In this document: piece after piece, positions 57,716-64,000 of the stretch
How positions within the stretch are numbered: the stretch's first letter is position 1
Layout: every line of letters starts with the position of its first letter
Source: Acidobacteriota bacterium
Lineage (GTDB): Bacteria; Acidobacteriota; UBA6911; RPQK01; JAJDTT01
Assembly (NCBI GenBank): GCA_965263035.1
Contig: OZ253580.1
Location: 3,680,001-3,744,000, forward strand
DNA length: 64,000 nucleotides
Reading direction: 5' to 3'
The notes under the pieces: model-generated
What the model was told of the DNA's origin: nothing
Database searches by the model: none
Seen by the model: only the letters and a program-made list of their open reading frames with translations
Translations under genes and position numbers: made by a program

Positions 57716-59911
57716 TTGACGCATTCTCGTTTCGTCCGAGTCAGCAGTGGCCTTGGACCATTGAACCGGGGGTGGGCCTGCTTGCCTCTCTTGTTGCTCG
57801 TCCTGGTGTTTTCGCGATTCTCCCAGGCTCAGGAACGAAGTGTTCCGGAACGTGGATACAGGGACTGGCGGGTGTACGGGGGAACCTCCGAAAGCATTCG
57901 CTACTCGGCTTTGACCCAGATCCACCGTGAGAACGTTCAACGGCTCCAGCTGGCCTGGAAGCACGACACCGGCGATGCCTACGAAGACTCGGAGATGCCC
58001 TGCAATCCCATTGTCATCGGCGATGTCCTCTATGCCGTGACGCCGACGCTGCGGATCTTTGCGCTGGAGGCGGCCACCGGAAAGTCGCTCTGGCGGGCCG
58101 AACTTCCAGGAGAATTCACCCGCGCGCAACGGCGCAGCCGCGGGGTCGTCTGGTGGGGAGATGAACGGGAAGAGCGTATCTTCGCCACCAAGGGGCCGTA
58201 CCTCTATGCCTTGGACGCTCGCAACGGCCGGCTGATTCCGGGCTTCGGCGACTCTGGGCGAGTCGACCTCAGAGTCGGCTTGGGCCGTCCGCCCGAGACC
58301 CTTCGGATCTGGGCCAGGACGCCCGGTGTGATCTACCGGGACCTCCTGATCCAGGGCAGCGTCATGAGCGAGGGCCTGCCTGCTCCGCCCGGCGACGTGC
58401 GCGCCTACGACGTGCGTTCCGGCGAGCTCCGGTGGTCTTTTCACACGATTCCGCGTCCCGGAGAGACGGGTTACGAGACTTGGCCGGCGGAGGCCTGGAA
58501 ATACGCCGGAGCCGCCAACAGCTGGGCGGGCCTGAGCGTGGACCTGCAGCGGGGACTGGTCTTCATACCCACGGGGTCCGCCTCCTTCGACTTCTATGGA
58601 GCCAACCGCCACGGCGATAATCTCTTTGCCAATTCTCTGATTGCGCTCCGGGCCGCCACCGGGGAGCGCGTCTGGCATTTTCAGTTGGTCCGCCACGATC
58701 TCTGGGATCGGGATCTCCCGGCACAGCCATCCCTGGTCACGGTGAAGCGGGACGGGCGGCTGGTGGACGCGGTGGCCCAGACCACCAAGTCGGGTCACGT
58801 CTTCGTATTCGACCGGGATCGGGGAACTCCCCTGTTCCCCATCGAGTACCGGCCGACGCCGGAAACCGACGTCGAAGGTGAACGGGTCGTCTCCAGCCAG
58901 CCGTTCCCCCTGAAGCCGCCCCCGTTTGCCCGGCAACGGCTGACGGAAGAGATCGTCACCCGCCGCACTCCGGAGGCGCGCAAGGCGGTCCTGGAGCGAC
59001 TCAGGAGTCTCCGCAACGAAGGACCCTTCACGCCTCCCAGCCTTCAGGGAACGGTGATCTTTCCCGGGTTCGACGGTGGAGCGAATTGGGGCGGAGCCGC
59101 CTTCGATCCCGAGACCGGACTGCTCTACGTCAATGCCAACGAAATGGCCTGGATCCTGCGGTTGGTGGAGACGTCCCGTCCCGATCAACCGTTCGGCGGC
59201 CGGCAGTTGTATCTGGATCGTTGCTCCGGGTGTCACCGGGAAGATCTCCGGGGGACTCCGCCCGAGTTCCCGTCTCTCGTCCACTTGAGGAACCGCTCGA
59301 CTGAGGCGGAGGTCGTCCGCATGATCCGTGAGGGCGGAGGCCGGATGCCAGGTTTTCATCAGTTGGAGCAGGATGAGCTTCGGGCGGTGGCGCTCTATCT
59401 CTTGAAGGGCGAGGATACTCCTCTGAGCAGAAAGGGCCGGAAAGCCCGGGACCCGATCCTCCGTTACCGGCACGACGGATACATCAAGTTGTTGGACCCG
59501 GACGGATATCCGGGTGTCCAGCCCCCTTGGGGCACTCTGACGGCCATCGATCTGGACCAGGGGGAAATCGCATGGCAGATCCCCTTCGGAGAGTTTCCCG
59601 AGTTGGCCGCCCAGGGGCTTCGGAACACGGGGACCGAGAACTACGGCGGCCCGGTGGTCACCGCCGGAGGCCTCGTCTTCATCGGGGCCACCAACCATGA
59701 CAGCAAGTTTCGCGCCTTCGACAAGGCCACGGGCCGGCTGTTGTGGGAGACGGGTCTTCCGGCGGGAGGGAATGCCACTCCTGCCGTGTATCAGGCCGGC
59801 GGACGCCAGTTCGTGGTCATTGCCGCCGGGGGCGGCAAATCGGGGGCGCCGTCGGGGGGCAGCTATTTGGCGTTTGCCTTGCCGGACGGTGAAATCGAGA
59901 ATGCCCCCTGA
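57716..59911 (+). CDS. PQQ-dependent glucose/quinate dehydrogenase-like protein with an inserted c-type haem domain
   Basis: [46 protein letters not shown]. Confidence 0.9.
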   Translation: MTHSRFVRVSSGLGPLNRGWACLPLLLLVLVFSRFSQAQERSVPERGYRDWRVYGGTSESIRYSALTQIHRENVQRLQLAWKHDTGDAYEDSEMPCNPIVIGDVLYAVTPTLRIFALEAATGKSLWRAELPGEFTRAQRRSRGVVWWGDEREERIFATKGPYLYALDARNGRLIPGFGDSGRVDLRVGLGRPPETLRIWARTPGVIYRDLLIQGSVMSEGLPAPPGDVRAYDVRSGELRWSFHTIPRPGETGYETWPAEAWKYAGAANSWAGLSVDLQRGLVFIPTGSASFDFYGANRHGDNLFANSLIALRAATGERVWHFQLVRHDLWDRDLPAQPSLVTVKRDGRLVDAVAQTTKSGHVFVFDRDRGTPLFPIEYRPTPETDVEGERVVSSQPFPLKPPPFARQRLTEEIVTRRTPEARKAVLERLRSLRNEGPFTPPSLQGTVIFPGFDGGANWGGAAFDPETGLLYVNANEMAWILRLVETSRPDQPFGGRQLYLDRCSGCHREDLRGTPPEFPSLVHLRNRSTEAEVVRMIREGGGRMPGFHQLEQDELRAVALYLLKGEDTPLSRKGRKARDPILRYRHDGYIKLLDPDGYPGVQPPWGTLTAIDLDQGEIAWQIPFGEFPELAAQGLRNTGTENYGGPVVTAGGLVFIGATNHDSKFRAFDKATGRLLWETGLPAGGNATPAVYQAGGRQFVVIAAGGGKSGAPSGGSYLAFALPDGEIENAP

Positions 59912-60040
59912 CGCGTCTGGTGACCCGCTTCGGATCGATTTCCGATCTGAGCCGATTCGCACACGGTGCGGGGGCGGTCGAGGAGGAATCGAAACGGACC
60001 AGAGGTGAGTGGCCGTCACCAGCGGTTGTCCAGCATTCTC

Positions 60041-61210
60041 ATGTGGGTATTGAAAACAATCCTCCCATCGGCACTCCTCCTGACCTGTTCTCAGTTGATG
60101 GCGGCGGAACTCACCCGTTATCCCGTCGGCGGCAGTGGCATTCCCGGTGCGGTCCGCGTCGGAAGAGCGGGTCTGGCGCACACTGAAATGCTCCTTGGAG
60201 CCCCGGCTGGACAAGGGGCGTCCGGTCTCTCTGAAATCGCCACGCAGCTCGAGGCCATCGCCCGGCACTACGGATCGAGGCTTGAAGACGTGGCCAAGTT
60301 GAATCTCTATGTCGCGGAACCCAGTTCCGCCCTGATCGACCGGATCGGAACCGAAATCGAGCAGGAATGGCCACGCGGCGCCTGCCCCGCTCTCACGCTG
60401 ATTCCGTCGCCGATCCCGGGAGGCGCCTCCGCCGTCGCTGCGGACGCCGTCATCGCCGTACCCGTGAACGACGATGCGGTGACTCGGTTCGCCGACCGGG
60501 CCTCCGTGATGCCTGCCGGGCGCGACATCCTTTATGTTTCCGGCCGTGCGGCTTCCGGTGCGCTCGCAGAGGCCACGGCGGAGACGATGAATCAACTCTT
60601 CGAAGTGCTGGCCCACCTGGGGAGCACCCCGGCCGACGTGGTGCAGGTCAAGGCATTCATTCAACCCATGTCCCAGTGGGAGACCGTCCAACACGAAATC
60701 GACCGGTCGTTTGGCGCCGCCGCCACGCCGCCGGTGGTCCATGTTGCATGGACGTCCCCCTCGCGAGCTACGGAAATCGAGTTGATCGCGGCGGCGCCCG
60801 AGCGGGAGGAAACGGGAGAAACCGTCAGCTACTTCACTCCTCCCGGCGACGAGGCATCTCCGGTCTACAGCCGCGTGGCTCGGGTTCACTCGGACGAAGT
60901 GATCTACATTGGAGGTGTCAGCGCTTCGAATGCCGCCACGCCGCAACAGGAAGTTCGGTCGGTTTTGGAACAGATGAGGCGTCTTGCCGAAGCCGCCGGG
61001 TCGAACCTGAATCACTTGGCGAAAGCGACCTATTACGTTTCCGGCAGGCCGGTGTCGGCGATGCTGAACAAACTGCGGCCCGAGTACTATCTGCCGACGC
61101 GACCGCCGGCCGCATCCAAGATCTCCGTGGCCACCATCGGCGTCAGAGACCGCACCCTGTTGGTGGACATGGTCGCGGCGCCGGCGGGTCTGTTGTCGCC
61201 GGGGCGCTGA
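60041..61210 (+). CDS. Secreted multi-domain RidA-family protein
   Basis: Three Rid-like units (DVAKLNLY, DVVQVKAF, HLAKATYY..PPAAS); signal peptide. Confidence 0.75.
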   Translation: MWVLKTILPSALLLTCSQLMAAELTRYPVGGSGIPGAVRVGRAGLAHTEMLLGAPAGQGASGLSEIATQLEAIARHYGSRLEDVAKLNLYVAEPSSALIDRIGTEIEQEWPRGACPALTLIPSPIPGGASAVAADAVIAVPVNDDAVTRFADRASVMPAGRDILYVSGRAASGALAEATAETMNQLFEVLAHLGSTPADVVQVKAFIQPMSQWETVQHEIDRSFGAAATPPVVHVAWTSPSRATEIELIAAAPEREETGETVSYFTPPGDEASPVYSRVARVHSDEVIYIGGVSASNAATPQQEVRSVLEQMRRLAEAAGSNLNHLAKATYYVSGRPVSAMLNKLRPEYYLPTRPPAASKISVATIGVRDRTLLVDMVAAPAGLLSPGR

Positions 61211-61427
61211 CGTGTCGGGGGGACAAACGGCACCGATCCAGCCTGAATGATTCCGTGGAGGTTGGGTGCAGCGCCTCCGACTGACACGTACTCGACCCGG
61301 TGCGCCTCAAGCTCTCGGAAAAGCTGTAGAAAACGGTCGAAACTCAGGAATTATCTGCGAAAAGAGTAGCCTGACCCGGCTGTGGTAACCTGAGGTTCTC
61401 TCGGCTCATACTTCCGGCAGGGTTCCG

Positions 61428-63077
61428 TTGTTGCGAAAGAAAAGGTTTCAGGTCGATCGCCGGCGATTCCTGGTGGGGACGGCGGGCGCCATGGGACCGG
61501 CCTTCTTCGGACGCCTGCCGCTCCCGCTGCTGGCGAGTCAAGGTGCCCCGTCCCCGGTTCCAGCTTGGGATGCCGGCCGCGTGCGGCATCTCCTGCCTAC
61601 CGTCAGCGATTCCCGAGTGCTGATCAAGGCCTCCTTCGACCGGCCGTTGGCGGCCTCACCCAGACTTCGGATCGGAGCTGCCGAGATAGCGGGCCGGATG
61701 AACGACACGGCGGGCGTTTTCTGGCAGTTCTACGCCACCGGCCTGGAGCCGGATAAACGATATTCCCTGTCCCTGTCGGGCGGCGACGGACGAGCCTTGT
61801 GTGAACCGTGGACGCTTTCAACCTTTCCGGCCCCCGATGCCCGTCCCGAACGGTTCCGGCTGCTCTTTTTCACCTGTGCGGGCGGTCCGGGCGGGACCTA
61901 TTCAGGGATCGGTAAACGGAGCAGCTTCCTCCCCGCCGCCATCCGCAATCGGCTCCTCCGGCGCGCGCTGTCGTTCCGGCCGGATGCCGCCGTGGCCAAC
62001 GGTGACCACATGTATTGGGATCTCCACACCTGGTTGGGAGACAGCGTCGGCGAACTCAGTCCCGGCGGGCGGGACTCCGACTTCGATTTTTCGGCTTCTC
62101 CGTTCGGCGGCAGCAACGAAGCGGCACTGAAGGCGGCGGCCGGGCCGCAGATCGTACCGGTGTACGGCTCGGACTTCAGATCGACGCCGGTGTTCTTCCT
62201 GCAGGACGACCACGACCACTGGGAGAACGACGCCGCCAGCGACGAAATCGTCAACTTTCCCATCCCCTGGTTCCAGCTGCAGTTGGCCCGGGCGACCCAG
62301 CAGCTCTACTATCCGGAGTTTCTTCCCGACGTCCGGCGGCCGGCGGGATTGCCCTGGTCCGGCGCTGGGGACCGGGGCGGCCTGTCCGAGAGCTTCGGGA
62401 CCATCCGTTACGGGGGGCTCGCGGAGGTTCTGCTCTACGACGTGCGCCGCACGCTGAGCCTGGCGGGACCCACCGCGGTCTTCGTCGATGGACAGGTCGA
62501 GAAGTGGTTGCTGGAGCGCACCCGCTCGACCGAGGTGCGGCACTTGGTCCACGCTCCCTCGAACCCGTTCGGGTGGAGCGCGGGGAAGTGGGGCGAATGG
62601 TATCCGGACGTGCTGGATTGGGAGGCGGGCGCCCTTACGACGGCTGTTCCGAAGCCGTACTGGCAATCGGGATGGCTCAAGCAACACGATCGGCTGGTGC
62701 AGGCGATTGCCGCCCAGCCCAGCCGCGTCCCGCTGGTGGTCAGCGGAGACCTTCATGCCATCGGCGTGGGGCGGATGCATCGCGCGGGGAAGCTCGACCT
62801 GAAGGCCAACCCGTTGACCACGGTGCTGAGCGGCCCCATCGGCACCTCGATCCGGGGATTTCCGTCGGTGGTCCGCGGTATCGGCGCAACGCCGCCGGCG
62901 CACCTGGACCTGGAGGAGACGGTTCCGCCGGTCGAGCAACACGGATTCACCCTGGCGGACTTTCTGGCCGACCGGATCGTGTTGCGGCAGTACAAATGGG
63001 ACGTGAACAGTCAGCCGCTGGAGGCCATCGACAACCTGGAGCCGTTCCAAACGACGGAGCTGGGAGCCGGTAGCTGA
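61428..63077 (+). CDS. Tat-exported PhoD-like metallophosphoesterase
   Basis: DRRRFL; NGDHMYWD, QDDHDH, SGDLH. Confidence 0.8.
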   Translation: MLRKKRFQVDRRRFLVGTAGAMGPAFFGRLPLPLLASQGAPSPVPAWDAGRVRHLLPTVSDSRVLIKASFDRPLAASPRLRIGAAEIAGRMNDTAGVFWQFYATGLEPDKRYSLSLSGGDGRALCEPWTLSTFPAPDARPERFRLLFFTCAGGPGGTYSGIGKRSSFLPAAIRNRLLRRALSFRPDAAVANGDHMYWDLHTWLGDSVGELSPGGRDSDFDFSASPFGGSNEAALKAAAGPQIVPVYGSDFRSTPVFFLQDDHDHWENDAASDEIVNFPIPWFQLQLARATQQLYYPEFLPDVRRPAGLPWSGAGDRGGLSESFGTIRYGGLAEVLLYDVRRTLSLAGPTAVFVDGQVEKWLLERTRSTEVRHLVHAPSNPFGWSAGKWGEWYPDVLDWEAGALTTAVPKPYWQSGWLKQHDRLVQAIAAQPSRVPLVVSGDLHAIGVGRMHRAGKLDLKANPLTTVLSGPIGTSIRGFPSVVRGIGATPPAHLDLEETVPPVEQHGFTLADFLADRIVLRQYKWDVNSQPLEAIDNLEPFQTTELGAGS

Positions 63078-63282
63078 CGCACACCGGCGAGGAAGTCGTC
63101 CCGCGAACCCGGCTTCCAGGGAAGAGAGGAAAAGCAGGAAAGAGGAAAGAGTGAAGAAAGGCGGGTAGTTTACGCGTCGCGGGGCGCCGTCGGCGGGGAA
63201 GCTTCAAAAAATCAGATCGTCCCCGGTTTCGCTTACAGACCTCTTCTCTCTTTCCTCTTCTAAGAAACAAGGAGGGGCGACT

Positions 63283-63925
63283 GTGCGCCAGGCTAACTGG
63301 CACAAGATAGGCGGTGAAAGTCCGCTGAAACGAAAGGACTAACCATCCACGTTTCTCCGCGAGCCGTGCGTGGGCGTCCGTGAGGGCGTCGGCGAAGCGT
63401 CGGTAGCGGTGCGTATGGGCAGGCTATTGAGCATCGAAAGCTCCTTGATCGGAAGTGCCGAGGCTGTAGTCGCGGTCGAAGGCAACACTGGCTGGACCGC
63501 CAAGGTGAGGGACGGCCGGGCTCCGCGGTGTCAAAGAACCCATGCACGTACGTACATCTGGTGTCGGGACCTGGGAGGGCTTGGTCTCTCCCCGGCGAGA
63601 GCCGGGGCCTCGTGGGAAAGGAGAAAGCCGTAACCCATGAGGGGAAAGAGCAAGCAATCGGATACATCCATAGTAGTGATGAAGCGGGCGAACAAGGAGG
63701 GGGAACTCTCTGCGGAGTCGGTGGAGCGAAGGGGTGGAACCAAGGGGAATTCGGCTCACCAAAGTACGGACCGGACTCAGAGCCGGGCTACCGTGACACA
63801 GGCGGGGGTCGGATACGGCGGGCGTCGCGACCTGCCGTCATTACCTGAGGTAGGAGCCGTGTGCCTTAACGGGCACGCACGGATCTGCGCGGGGGGCGCT
63901 GGGCAACCGGTGTCCCTACCGCGAC
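63283..63925 (+). ncRNA. ORF-less group II intron (643 nt)
   Basis: 5' GTGCG; domain V GAGCCGTGTGCCTTAACGGGCACGCACGGATC; domain VI ending CCCTACCGCGAC; EBS1 AGTCGC and EBS2 CTCCTT match the 5' exon; no RT ORF. Confidence 0.88.
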
Positions 63926-64000
63926 TCCAGTCGCCCATTCCTCCATGCTCCACCGGAGTTCGGCGGTTGGAAACCGGCGCTCCTACCCTTTTTCTACCGG

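Noticed and set aside
57629-61015. Long antisense ORFs (also 34849-37467, 45677-48283, 17580-19040)
   Set aside because: Shadow frames of well-supported genes in high-GC DNA, with no motifs
63115-63262. Purine-rich and pyrimidine-rich tracts before the intron
   Set aside because: Low complexity and only loosely complementary; no defined structure can be supported

Overview
High-GC bacterial window. The gene content (ankyrin, LRR, TPR and MORN proteins, a DUF1592-type cytochrome, DUF6600 proteins, many Tat-exported enzymes) resembles Acidobacteriota such as sponge symbionts; this is an inference. The main signal is at about 3.2-13.6 kb: a non-IntI tyrosine recombinase followed by unrelated genes, mostly secreted, separated by a conserved non-coding module. 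The module carries dif-like palindromes (A: GGGTACGATAA-TTGCACT-TTATCGTACCC; B: CCGTTAA-CTGAAA-TTAACGG), so it looks like an integron-like cassette array without attC. Other notable items: an IS110 nested in an IS1182 end whose bridge-RNA guides match its own target and donor; an ORF-less group II intron in a REP-like hairpin with matching EBS1/EBS2; a probable TPR-thioredoxin selenoprotein (UGPC plus a SECIS-like hairpin); three copies of a 159-bp MITE; an IS1634 splitting a gene; divergent tRNA-Leu and tRNA-Pro; three TA loci, two with broken toxins; and a long catabolic region. Product calls come from motif recognition only; no database searches were run.
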